In this document: in pieces, positions 32,801-44,338 of the stretch
How the letters are laid out: each line of letters starts with the position of its first letter
Position numbering within the stretch: position 1 is the first letter of the stretch
Assembly: GCA_964035575.1 (NCBI GenBank)
Contig: OZ037846.1
Span: 930,001-994,000 of the forward strand
Length of the DNA stretch: 64,000 nt
Direction of reading: 5' to 3'
Origin: Rhynchopus sp. YZ270_cl-10
Taxonomy: Eukaryota
Made by a program: the position numbers and the translations under genes
Notes under the pieces: generated by a model
What the model saw: only the letters and a program-made list of their open reading frames with translations
The model's database searches: none
Told to the model about the DNA's origin: nothing

Positions 32801-34365
32801 GGGGATTTTTTCAAAAACCCCATTTTCTACCTCTAACTGAGGGCCGTGCTGCTTCTTGGAAAAAAAAAATGGTTTCATAAAATGTTCTTCAGTTTGGCAA
32901 TGTAGGGGGGCGTGGAGTGCCTATGTGTCTCATCTCTGTGATGTGGCGAGGGATGTGTTGCCGTTTTGCAGAGTGCTCCCGACCGTCCTGGTACTTTCCC
33001 TGCCGTCGTGGAGACATCGAGTGTTTACTGCGAAGAAGGAGTCCCTGAAGCGTTCCCCCCTCTGCATTGGTTGCCATTCAAAGAGCTGGTTGCTGCCGAG
33101 CCGTCCTTGCACGACAGTGAAAGCAAAGTATTTTCACCGTTGCGTACCTCCGTGCGTGTGGATTTTCTCCGCCCCCTCCCCCTCCGCAGTGTTGGCAGAG
33201 TACGTGTCCAATTTCAAAAAGTACGTAAAAAGTACAAAAGTACAAAAAGTACAACGTACACGTACTCTGCCAACACTGCCCCCTCCCCACTGTTTCAGAC
33301 GCGTGTGCCCAAAAAGGCATATTCATCTTACGAGTTTTGTAGGTGACTAAGCACAGAGAGGCTTAGGTTCATCTTATAAAACAAACCTTTCTTTTTAGCT
33401 GTTAAACGGCTGTTAAAAACTTTTAGACTAAGCTGTCTGGATAATGCGAATATGGTTGGCTATTTTTTCATTTTTTTTTTTTTTTTTTTTTTCATTTTTT
33501 CATTTTTAAATTACCCAAAGCCTCATTGCGAGCCCATGCCTACGGTGTTGGGGTAGGCGTGTGGAAGAAGATATGCCCCATTTAACTCAAACAACAGTCA
33601 ACCCTCTTTACCCATCCCTCGCCCTCCCCCTCCCCCTCTTCTGGCTCTGAAAAAGGCAATAACGTAGACAGCATATGTGTTTTGTCAGGAAAAAAATAAT
33701 GCGACTTGTATTTCCAGTGCCTGCGTCCTCCGGTGTAAGGGGAGACGTTTGCACTTTCCTCTCTCAAATTTCAAACATCCAACGTGCGCGGCTCATACAA
33801 AAGCTCACGTAAACTTAACATGCGAATTTAACCCTATACGCCCCAAGAGCCACTTTAATGGCTTTCGAAATGACGCCATGTTATTAGACAGGTTCAACTC
33901 ATTTTTGTAAAAACATTTTTTTTTTTTATGTGGAAAGAATTTGCACCGATCTTTCAAAAGAAGCAAGAATCGAAAACTTTTATGCATCTGATATTACTTT
34001 CAGTGCTGGGGGCTGGGGTGCTACTTTCACCAAAAGTGACGTTTTTTCACCCACACCCCCAATATGTACCTTTCGCGATACCCAATGCCGCCAAGCCCTT
34101 AGTCGGGTTCTGCCCATTTTCGTGAACACATATTTTTATATATTTCGAAAGATTTTTCTCCGATCTTTCAAAAGAAGCAATAATCGAAAACTTTTATGCA
34201 TCTGATATTACTTTCGATACTGGGGGGAGTAGTACCACTTTTCACAGCCCTTTGGACGGGCACCCCCTATTCTGGTTCCTCAATGACACCCCATGCTCTG
34301 TATGAGGTTCTACTCGTTTTCGTTAAAATATTTTTATATATTTCAAAGATTTTGACACGAATCTT

Positions 34366-35098
34366 CAGGGCGTTCGCCCCGGGGCGAAAAATATTTTTTT
34401 TCGTTAAAAAAATCTTTTCCTGAAAAAATGACATTTTATTTCGCCCCAGGGCTTCGCCCCACCGGGGCGAAACCCTGTATAAATAAATAAATAAATAAAA
34501 AAAAAAAGGGGGGAAAAAAAAAATGAGAGAGAGATTTCTCCCCCCCAACCTGTCGACCCCCCCGGAGGGGGGGTCGCAGAGGGGGTGTCCACTGTACTCA
34601 AAATCATCCGCAAACCCGCCTGCCGTGAAAGTAAGTTTCCCCAGCACTCCCGCTCGCTCCTCAATCCTGCAGTCTGCTGAAGGTGTCCCGTACCCCCTGT
34701 TATAGAAGGTGTCACTACTCGTGTCAACTCTACCTTCAACGGCAGAGAGACGTTTTAGTTGATTGAAAATAATCAAACTAAGGATGAAGTCTCATATGAC
34801 AGATGCCTCTCTCTTGTACATCTGTTTGATTAAACAGCACAAAGAGACCCTCAGTGAGGGGGGGATTGATGAAATTCTCCATCGTTTTGCTGGTTTTAGT
34901 GCTGGGGAAGGGATCACGCGCAAATCGCAATTTTTTTTCGACCACTCAGTACCGGGGATTCACCCCCACGAACTAGCTTCTCTCCGGCGGGAAAATTTTT
35001 TTTGACCTATTTTAAGCACTAGTAAAAAAGCAAAAATTTCGGGTTTTTTGGCATTTCGCCACGATCAGGAAAAAACGATGGCGATAGCGAACGCCCTG
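34366..35098. mobile_element. Non-autonomous hAT-like MITE (733 bp)
   Basis: TIR CAGGGCGTTCGC / GCGAACGCCCTG; 8-bp TSD CGAATCTT. Confidence 0.85.
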
Positions 35099-36015
35099 CG
35101 AATCTTTCAAAAAAAACAAAAATCGAAAACTTTTACGCATCTGATTGCACTTTGGATCTGTCTACTGCTACCCACCCAAGAGGCACCCCTTCGACCCGAA
35201 GGACATGGTTATGACTAGGGGTCTTCATGATCTGATAATGGTTCTGCTTGTTTTCGTAAAAATCCTTTGGTTTGTATGGAAACTATTTGACTCAAATCTT
35301 TGAAAATAAGCAAAAATCGAAAATCTTTGTGCATCTGTTTGCCATTTGGATGCTTTACATGGTGTCCAAGGACAGAGAGGCTTGTGTTCATTGCGCAAAC
35401 TATTCTTCATCTTCTTTCTTCTTTCTTCATGATTTCTTCTTCATATTTTTTTCTTTTTCTTTTTGACAACGTTTTGACAGGGTTTTATCTTGAAAAAAAA
35501 GTTAAATTTCTCCCCAGTGACAGTCTACCCGGTCTGGAAAAAAAAGTGGTCAATTTCCTCCGACCAAGAATATCTCTAAATCCGACCCTTTTTGGCCAAA
35601 TTCCGAACTCCAAATCCAAAAAAATTCCCTGTTTTTTTGGTCGCCGACAGGTCACCGATAGGTCGTGACAGGTCGCTGACAGGTCGTTGACCGACTTCCG
35701 AAAGCACCATTAAAATTACAAATTTAAACTATGTCATGGGAAGCTTGCGCCGCAGGCGCACGGTACACTACTTTTTTTTCCTTTCGCCATGCTGTATGCT
35801 TCCTTTTCCTGGCGTTTGATTAATTAAGTCGCGTTCTGGCCGTGACGGGGTCACTTTGTTCATGAGGCCAGTTCTGGCCACTCTCAGCTTGTGTGGTACC
35901 AAAAAAAAAACCGATCCCCTTCTCGATAAAACCCTGATATTGACTTTTCAAACCCCATCATTACTGCGAGAGGGGTCAAACCGCACCTATATTTCCCCCT
36001 TTATTTCGTTCTTTC

Positions 36016-36390
36016 TTTTCTTTTCTTTTCTTTTCTTTTCTTTTCTTTTCTTTTCTTTTCTTTTCTTTTCTTTTCTTTTCTTTTCTTTTCTTTTCTTTTC
36101 TTTTCTTTTCTTTTCTTTTCTTTTCTTTTCTTTTCTTTTCTTTTCTTTTCTTTTCTTTTCTTTTCTTTTCTTTTCTTTTCTTTTCTTTTCTTTTCTTTTC
36201 TTTTCTTTTCTTTTCTTTTCTTTTCTTTTCTTTTCTTTTCTTTTCTTTTCTTTTCTTTTCTTTTCTTTTCTTTTCTTTTCTTTTCTTTTCTTTTCTTTTC
36301 TTTTCTTTTCTTTTCTTTTCTTTTCTTTTCTTTTCTTTTCTTTTCTTTTCTTTTCTTTTCTTTTCTTTTCTTTTCTTTTCTTTTCTTTTC

Positions 36391-36410
<20 letters not shown>
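36016..36410. repeat. (TTTTC)n microsatellite, about 79 perfect units
   Basis: Direct reading. Confidence 0.98.
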
Positions 36411-36421
<11 letters not shown>

Positions 36422-36770
36422 AAATATTTTTTGGCCAGTGCCCTGCGTCCGCTGATGTACAGTGAGACGTTTTGACACTTTCAACTTATTTTCAACCTCT
36501 CTTTTTGCTTTGTCCCATTCTTTCCCTTTTTGTTTTTTTTTTTTTGCGATGTTGTAAAAACATCAACGCGTTTTTACATCCCCATTGCTCCTCATTTTAC
36601 ACTCATGCGACCCCCTTCCCATTAAGCACAGCGACAGACCCCTTTAGGGTTTGTCGATTACACGATGACGATGTACCCCAAGCAACATGCAAAAGTAAAC
36701 GATTGATTTTTTTTTTTCTGTTTGTTACTTTACGTACATTCATCTTACATTGTTTATGGCCTGCATACTG

Positions 36771-37682
36771 CAGGGTCCTAGCTCAGTAGAACGGAAAAGG
36801 TGGCCCACCTTTTCCGTTGTTTTTTTTTTTTTTTTTTGGGGTTTTTTTTACACGGTGCAAAAAATCGGTTGGCCAAGGAGGTCCTCAGTGTCGTCAGCCA
36901 GTCCCCTTTGCTGTTAAAAACAGCGACTTGGCGTGGTCAATTTTTCCGCGCGAACAGGGATTACGCTCCACGTGTGGAACGTATGGAAATCCATACGTGA
37001 ATTGTTTTTGAAAAGGTGGAATCCATACGTGTCCATACGTAGGTAATTTGGGTTTTGGATTGAGGCTGGGGTGGGGTAGGTGAGGAGTGGGGCTCCGCCC
37101 CCACCTCTCACCTACCCCCTACAGAATTCTATTTGTAGGAGACAATTTTCTATTTTACCGGAAAAGGAGCATGCAGCATGGCGAAAGAAAAAAGTAGCGT
37201 ACCGTGCGCCTGCGGCGCTAGATTGCAATACACCCTTCCCATGACATAATAGGCAATTTTAAGCGCAATTTTTAGAAATGTTGCGTACCGTGGCTTCGCC
37301 AGAAACTTTCGTTTTAGCAAAATATGGAAGTAAAGTTTACGGAACTGGACCATAGTTACCAACGAAAGTGCCATTTTATGTCAAGATTTTTTAAAAATGT
37401 TGCGTACCGTGGCTTCGCCAGGAACATTTGGATGCCATGACTGATGATTTCTCCAGTTCTTCGAACTTTTACAACCCTTCTCAACCAACTTTGCCAGGGA
37501 GAGCGCACGCGAAGCGCGCGCGGTTTTTAATTGTTTTTGCTTAGAATTGTACGTGTTGAAAATCCATACGTACTTTTTTTATTTTTGGTGGAGCTGCGTA
37601 ATCCCTGCGCGCGAAGCGCAGAAAAAATTTTTTTGAGCCACCTTTTCCGTTTCTTTTTTTTTTCTTCTGAGCTAGAACCCTG
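36771..37682. mobile_element. MITE with 7-bp TSD (P-element-like), 912 bp
   Basis: TIR CAGGGTCCTAGCTCAG / CTGAGCTAGAACCCTG plus inner IR AACGGAAAAGGTGGC; TSD CATACTG. Confidence 0.85.
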
Positions 37683-37743
37683 CATACTGGCATTTTGTTT
37701 TTTTTTTTTTTGGCGAGGCTAACATTTTTGCATTTCATAACAT

Positions 37744-38014
37744 CAGGCACTCCGCTAGGTACTTTTTGAAAATGGGGGAAAAAAGAAAAAAAAAAAAAGT
37801 TCTGTTGAGTGGTTCAGACCCGTTCTACCTGTCAAAAAAGCTCAGGAGAAGAAGATATGGAGAGGTGAGTGCTCAAACGTCCCAAAAAAGTCAAAATCGG
37901 GCGTTGGTAAAAAAAAAAGTTGCGTACCGTGCGCCTGCGGCGCAAGCATGTACCCCACCAACGTGGACCATCAACAGAATATTTTCAAAATCGGAAATCC
38001 TAGCGGAGAGCCTG
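37744..38014. mobile_element. Non-autonomous hAT-like MITE (271 bp)
   Basis: TIR CAGGCACTCCGCTAGG / CCTAGCGGAGAGCCTG; 8-bp TSD CATAACAT. Confidence 0.88.
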
Positions 38015-38124
38015 CATAACATGCAAAAAAAAAAAAAAAAGAAGAAGAAGAAAAAAGGAAAAAGGGCCCCATTTTTAGCCCCACCGTGCGTGTACTGATA
38101 TAGACTCTCTACACTCCCACCCTA

Positions 38125-38248
38125 ATGGTGGCAGTATTGTGATGGGAGCCCATTGGAATACGCAAAATACATCACAATGTGTATTGTGATTGTATTTTGA
38201 TGTATTTTGCGTATTCCAATGGGCTCCCATCACAATACTGGCCACCAT
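38125..38248. mobile_element. About 123-bp palindromic mini-element, copy 2
   Basis: Near-identical to 29773-29895. Confidence 0.8.
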
Positions 38249-38715
38249 AATCCCACCACCCCTCATCCCCCCTACCTATGCTTTTCTGTTCCTTATTCCT
38301 TCTGAAAACCCCCACTACTGGCAAGGCCTCGCTTCTAAAGAGCACCCATATCAATGTATTGTATCACCTATCTCGGATAGGGGTATATGCATCGAAAATG
38401 GGCCCCCATACTCCAAAGAGCACCCATATTTTCTACGTTGGTTCTCAACCCACACAACAAAACCTCCAACAAAAAAATCAGCAAAAAAACAAAAAAACCC
38501 CTTCTTTCCCATTCTCCCCGCGGCATAGGAGTGTTCCCATCTCTGGGCGATCCACTTCATTTTGGGGCTAATGTGGGTTGTCGGGGTTTTCTGCATAAGT
38601 TGTTTGGCAAATATTCCCGCGATTTACGGGTTTTTTTTTTGACCCCCAAATCACTCCTTTTTGGGGTTTTTGGGGGTCATCTCCGAGAGCCCTGATTTCC
38701 AAAAAAAAGGAACTA

Positions 38716-39104
38716 CCGTAATCGTAAAAATTCTGGGGTAAAAATGTCCCAAGTTTCAGATTTTCCCCCAATTGTCCCAGTTTTGTTACGTCCCAGAATT
38801 GTTCGGGCGGTTTTCCGGGTACTTGTCATTTTTTTGGGGGTGTGGGTGGTGGGGTGCGGCTGGTTGGCGGAGGGATCATAACCGGCCCAAGTATGTATAT
38901 TTTTGTTTGTTGGACATGTTTGGGTTTGCACCGAAGTGCATGGGTGAGGGAGGGGGGAAGGTCACACAGACAATTCTGGGACGTAAACATTCTGGGACGT
39001 AAAAATGTCCCAAGTTTTAAAAAATCCAAAATGTCCCAGTTTTGTTACGTCCCAGAATATTTACGTCCCAGAATACTTACGCCCCAGAAATCTTACGATT
39101 ACGG
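38716..39104. mobile_element. Tc1/mariner-pogo-type MITE (389 bp)
   Basis: TA|CCGTAATCGTAA...TTACGATTACGG|TA; internal TACGTCCCAGAA repeats. Confidence 0.8.
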
Positions 39105-39189
39105 TATGTCATGAGAACTTTGCTTGGCAAAAAAGCCCCCCACCCTTTGAAAAATTTTCCAATATCTCACCTCCCCCCATATTTTTCAT

Positions 39190-39747
39190 CAGGGGACATT
39201 AGTATGCCGGTGTGCCGGTGTGGCCACACCGGCTAAGCCGGTGTGGGATTTTGAGAAAAAAAAAAAAAAAAGAAAAAGGCAGATTTTTGAATTTTTTTCT
39301 GAATTTTATCTCCTCATACAAGGCTACAACCACATCTGTAGCGGTTTCTTATGTGCATGTGACCCCACCACAAAGACCAATCGGTCCGTTCAATCAAAAG
39401 AAATAGATGTTTGCAACTCTCATAAAAAAGTAGCGTACCGTGCGCCTGCGGCGCAGCTAAAAATGACGAGCGGTAGCCCACAGCTCTACCCTAGGCCATA
39501 GTCACAGCTACCTTTACCATAGTTTGGCTATAAAAGCGTGCGATTTTATGTCACAATTTTTGAAATGTTGCGTACCGTGGCTTCGCCAGAAAAGTTTTGA
39601 TGCCATATGGTTAGACAAGGGCGCGGAGGGGAAAGAGTTGTGGAGGTCTCTGCCAAAAATGCGTGGGGAAAAAAAAATTGCCTCACACCGGCTTTTTTGG
39701 CTCACACCGGCTTTTTTTTCAAAATCTCAAACTACCAATGTCCCCTG
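39190..39747. mobile_element. Non-autonomous hAT-like MITE (558 bp)
   Basis: TIR CAGGGGACATT / AATGTCCCCTG; 8-bp TSD TTTTTCAT; subterminal CCGGTGTG repeats. Confidence 0.85.
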
Positions 39748-40912
39748 TTTTTCATGCTGACTAAAAAAAAAAATATCTTGTCCCTGTGGGTAAAAACACC
39801 GGTGGTATCTGGATGGTCCCATCATATCCCATCACCCACTGCCCAGTCTTTTATTGGTGAGGTGACTTAAGCTAAGTCCATCCACCTCTCCCCTCCAGGG
39901 CTGTTCCTTATTCTCGTTTTTTCCCCCAAAAATCGCTGGTTTTATTCTCGTTTTTTTCCTTTTTTTTTTAAAACCCGCAGAGGCAGGTTTTTCCTGCATT
40001 TTTGCCAGATTTGAGCCAATCCCGTTCAGTGGTGGGGGATACACGGAAAAATGGACAAAATTTTAGTGACTTAAATTTTCACAAAATATGAACCCATACT
40101 CGTAAACAAGGGTCATTTTCAGTCTGAAAACCCAACTTCAGATGAAATTGTGGTGTTTTTGACTAGGAAGGTAGCGCCGCAGGCGCATGGTATCCAACTT
40201 TTTTCTTTTTCCTTTTCCTTTTTCTCTGCTTTCTTTTGATTGCGCGAGCCGATTGCTCTCCACGGTGGGGTCACATTTGTGTGCAAAAACACTCAAAGTA
40301 CCCGCACTATGAACTATGAGGTTCTCTGGTTTAGTCCGGTCTGCGAAAGAAAAACACCACAAAAATATCCAAAAATCCCGGGACAAAGAACCGACCTTAG
40401 CGCAAAGCCTGCCGGAGGCAGCTTCTTATTATACATGGTCAAAACTCGGTCCCCAACCCAGCTCAAGTTGAGGGCCTCCGGCGGAATATGAGAATTCCTC
40501 GGTTATCCAACTGCGGAGTTCGGCACTTCATTGACATTTGCACCAAGCACGCGTGGTGCACGATTTATCAGTAACCTCAGTACATTTACAAAAGAAACGG
40601 CAGTCATGGCACCCGAAAGGTTCCTGGCGAAGCCACGGTACGCAACATTTCTAAAAAATGTTGACATAAAATGGCACTGTCGTTGGTAATTATCGTAAGT
40701 TTCCATAAATTTTACTTCAAATTGCATCCGGGGCTTGGTTCCTCCTGAAACTCTATGAAAGGTGTTGACCGCTCGAGTTGACGTCTTGACCTGATATTAC
40801 CAAAATAGATGAGGGGAGGTATGCGGGGCGTTTTTGTGCCTTCAGGGTCTTTTTTCATTTTTTCAGCAACCCTGCCTCTCCTATACAGTGCATAGCCTTT
40901 GTCTTTCTTTTT

Positions 40913-41472
40913 GGGTATGCGGGACTCCCCCTTTGTCCTCAGGGTGCTAAACGACCCTGCCCCTACTAAATGCAAGTTAAACCCTGGCTGGGTATAAAAA
41001 TGCTGGGCAGTGGCTTCCCCATGCTATGAAGGGTGTTCGCACCCGGAGTATGAAACAGCGGCAAACGGTCAGGCCAGGGCTTTGGTTCTGCTATATCTTT
41101 GGGTTCGCCTGTAAGGACGTCCATGTAAATCCCTAAGAGAAAGGGTGAGGCCCAACTGTCGGTGCAGCATGGGACGCCAAGAGAGAGATGTTGTGACTCC
41201 CCCTTTGCTCTCTTGTCTCGACAATCGTGCACTAAGAGTTGGGTGACGCGAATGAGAGGTATCTGTAAGCTCACAACTCTTCAACGGAAGGTGGGCCGCC
41301 GGCTGACGAGCGGTTGTGTACCGCCCTCGTTCACTTACACTACGGGCAAGCCATTGGGTTTCTTTTCTTTTTTTTTTTTTACACCTTCTGTTGTTGGCCG
41401 CAGGGTACTTGTGCTTTCATCCGGGGCTGGCATTGTGGGTCAGTCGGAGGTGCCTGCATCAAATTACTTCAC
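40913..41472 (+). repeat. About 550-bp dispersed structured repeat (longest copy)
   Basis: Co-linear partial copies at ~9814-10050, 12560-12790, 15946-16350, 7244-7340, 21263-21350, 49050-49110, 53626-53690, all on +. Confidence 0.8.
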
Positions 41473-42075
41473 TTTTTTTCTTTTTTCTTTTTTGAAGGAA
41501 GCTAAATCATAAAAAGAGGGGGAAAAAAAAGAAAAATGATGATGAGAGCTTTTCCCCCGAGCGCCAAGTGCCCCTCTCCGCGCTTTGGAAAATTTTGACA
41601 AAAAAATTGCGACCCCATTTTTTTTTGCATTCTCACTCTCACACATGCACCCTAATCTTGCATCCCGCGCACACACCTCTCACCAAACAGCATGTACACA
41701 CACACACACACAATATTCCGCACAGGGATTGCCTACAACTCATCCCAAAGATCTCTCCCCTCTAGCGAACACTATGTCATGCACATAACACATTTGACAG
41801 AACAAAACCACTCGTCAACACACCTTAGTCAGCAGCGTAACGACCCCCTCCTTCCAGAACCTCTTCAAGGACTCACTACACCATTCTGATAGCATTTTTT
41901 GGGCCCTTCCTCTCCAACCCCGCGTCTACAACACCATTACGCAAAATTAAACAGAGCACAAAAAGCACTTTCAAAACAAACATTTTCAAACACCCTTTCA
42001 GCATTTTGGGTATATACCTCGTGGCACCCTATCTAGGGCCCCCTCCTCCTGGCGGGAAAAAAAAACTCAAAAAAA

Positions 42076-42684
42076 ATGGATTCCATTCTTGCCCTTCTCC
42101 GCTCCCCTTTAGAGGGTCTGTTCTTCGCACCCCCTGACGACTTTGAGTTATTTCCTGGGGTGGGCCGTCCTCCTCCTCCTCCTCCTCCTCCTCCTCCACC
42201 TCCCCCACGGAATTTCTCATGGCGGGGATGGATGTGGGGGCAGATCCCTCCTGAGGGTGGGATGGAGTGTCCTCCGTCTCCGCCTTCTCCTCCTTCTCCT
42301 CCGTCTGCTCCTTCTTCTCCAGAGAAAATGGAAGAAGCGATCATAGAAGAAGGTCTGCGTACCCCAGAGGCTAGACCACTAGAAGAGGTTGCTGTGGAGA
42401 CACCAAGCAAATCCTTGACCCCGTATAAGCATATTAAAGGGGAGAAGGTAGCGCAGATTTACCGTACGACACCGCAGGCACGGGAGTGGTCGGTTAAAGG
42501 GGTGGTGCGTGAGGGAGGGGGTGGTGACGACCTGCTGCCGGTCGCGGCTGCGCAGGCTGAGCATTGTGTACGGCTGCGTGCGGAGATTTATGCGTATAAC
42601 CGTCTCCTCACGGCAGTCGAGCGGCACCGAAACAAAGTCTATGAGAGCGGAGGGACCTTAGCTACAGTGTCGGCGGGGGTGTGA
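42076..42684 (+). CDS. Hypothetical proline-rich protein (202 aa)
   Basis: ATG ORF with coding-like composition, poly-Pro N-half and helical C-terminus (LRAEIYAYNRLL). Confidence 0.6.
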   Translation: MDSILALLRSPLEGLFFAPPDDFELFPGVGRPPPPPPPPPPPPPRNFSWRGWMWGQIPPEGGMECPPSPPSPPSPPSAPSSPEKMEEAIIEEGLRTPEARPLEEVAVETPSKSLTPYKHIKGEKVAQIYRTTPQAREWSVKGVVREGGGGDDLLPVAAAQAEHCVRLRAEIYAYNRLLTAVERHRNKVYESGGTLATVSAGV

Positions 42685-43180
42685 CGAGAAGATGCTGCCA
42701 GATGCGGTTAGGTTTGTAGAGAGCCAGAAAGAGAGAGGAGATGGGGGGAGGGGAGGGTGTATGGTTCGGTTCTTGTTCAGTGTTTCCCACGGTGAGATTT
42801 TGGGGTGAGAAATCTCACAAAAGCACCACGTTGTTGTGCGCTAACCCAGCAGGTTTGTTCTGTTCACTCATGAGCCCCCCATCCCATATTGTGTCCTGTA
42901 CGATGCTGATTGCAACTGAAGTCACTCCTGTAGGGCCTAGAGCGGCTTCTAAAGGGGAAAATGTGGTACCAAGTGACACAAATATGGTTTTGCAGGCGAT
43001 ATTATAATGGGTTGCGGCAAGCACTTGTGGGTTGTGCGCTGTCCTTTCATATTTCCAACACAGTAGCCTCTACGATGACACACAAAATGTGTACCAAACC
43101 ATGTTGCTAAAGCCACAAAAGAAAAAATTACTTTGTTATTTTCAAAATCACATCCCAGAAAAAAAACTACAAACAAACCT

Positions 43181-44338
43181 ATGGGCGATGATTGGCAGGA
43201 CAACAGCGCTGTCGTCTTCGACAATGGCACTGGTATGATGAAAGCGGGCTTCGCAGGCCAGGACGAACCTGGCGCAGTCTTCCCCGCAGCCGTCGCACGC
43301 AAGCGAAACGTTGCCGAGCCTGCAGTCGGCGACGACGCCGTGGGCAAAGCCGGCTACCGCATCAAATACCCCGTAGAGCACGGCATTGTCAACAACTGGG
43401 ACGACATGGCCCTCGTCTGGCGCAAAGCATACGAAGAACTAGAGGTGGAACCCTCCAACCAAGGCATTCTCATCACCGAGGCCCCGCTTAACCCTCGCAA
43501 AAACCGCGAAAAAATGCTGGAGGTATTATTTGAAGACTTCGGCGTCCCTGCGACATACGTGCAAATCCAAGCTGTCCTATCGCTTTATGCTTCTGGCCGC
43601 AATGACGGAGTGGTCATCGACTCCGGAGACGGTGTGACTCATGCAGTCCCCGTCTTCGAAGGGCGCGTCATGCCGACCGCAGTGAAGAGAAGCGAGGTCG
43701 CTGGAAGGGACCTCACCGAATGGATGCAAGAACTCCTTAATGAGGACCAGGACTTCCGGTTCAGCTCCTCCCAGCACCGTGAGTGGGCGAAGGCCATCAA
43801 AGAAAAGCTTTGCTACATCGAGCCCGACTTCGACGCTGCGCTAGAAAAATGGGAAGCAGACGAAGATTCCTTCAACGACGACTACACCCTCCCAGACGGC
43901 ACAACAATCAAAGTCGGTCGCGCCAAATTCTGCTGCCCAGAAGCCATCTTCGACCCAGGCCTCATGGGGCGTGAAGATATGGCTCTCCACAACCTCGTCC
44001 AAACCTCTGTTTGGGAATGCCCAATCGATACCCGAAAGACACTTCTGTCGAACATCGTTTTATCTGGCGGTACAACGCTGTTCAAAGGAATGGAAACGCG
44101 TCTGGCAAATGAACTGAAAAGGCATCCAAAGATCCCGGAAGGTGCCAAGGAGATAGTTAAAGTCGTCAGCGATGCTTCAGATGAAGGGAGGAACATCAGG
44201 AAGTACACAGTATGGATGGGAGGGGCCATCCTGGCGTCGCTTGGAACTTTCCAGGAGCATTGGATTACCAAAGCAGAATACGAAGAAAGCGGTGCCGATA
44301 TTGTGCACGAAAGATGCGATTCATTGTCAGGATATTGA
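43181..44338 (+). CDS. Divergent actin-like protein (actin/Arp family)
   Basis: VFDNGTGMMKAGFAG, YPVEHGIVNNWDDM, ITEAPLNP, IQAVLSLYASG, DSGDGVTH, NIVLSGGTT, WITKAEYEESG. Confidence 0.95.
   Translation: MGDDWQDNSAVVFDNGTGMMKAGFAGQDEPGAVFPAAVARKRNVAEPAVGDDAVGKAGYRIKYPVEHGIVNNWDDMALVWRKAYEELEVEPSNQGILITEAPLNPRKNREKMLEVLFEDFGVPATYVQIQAVLSLYASGRNDGVVIDSGDGVTHAVPVFEGRVMPTAVKRSEVAGRDLTEWMQELLNEDQDFRFSSSQHREWAKAIKEKLCYIEPDFDAALEKWEADEDSFNDDYTLPDGTTIKVGRAKFCCPEAIFDPGLMGREDMALHNLVQTSVWECPIDTRKTLLSNIVLSGGTTLFKGMETRLANELKRHPKIPEGAKEIVKVVSDASDEGRNIRKYTVWMGGAILASLGTFQEHWITKAEYEESGADIVHERCDSLSGY

Noticed and set aside
35856..36484. FFSFL / KRKEK repeat ORFs
   Set aside because: Translation of the (TTTTC)n microsatellite
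41302..41335. CTGACGA plus stem resembling a hammerhead ribozyme core
   Set aside because: No GAAA after the stem, and the motif is not conserved in the copy at ~16190
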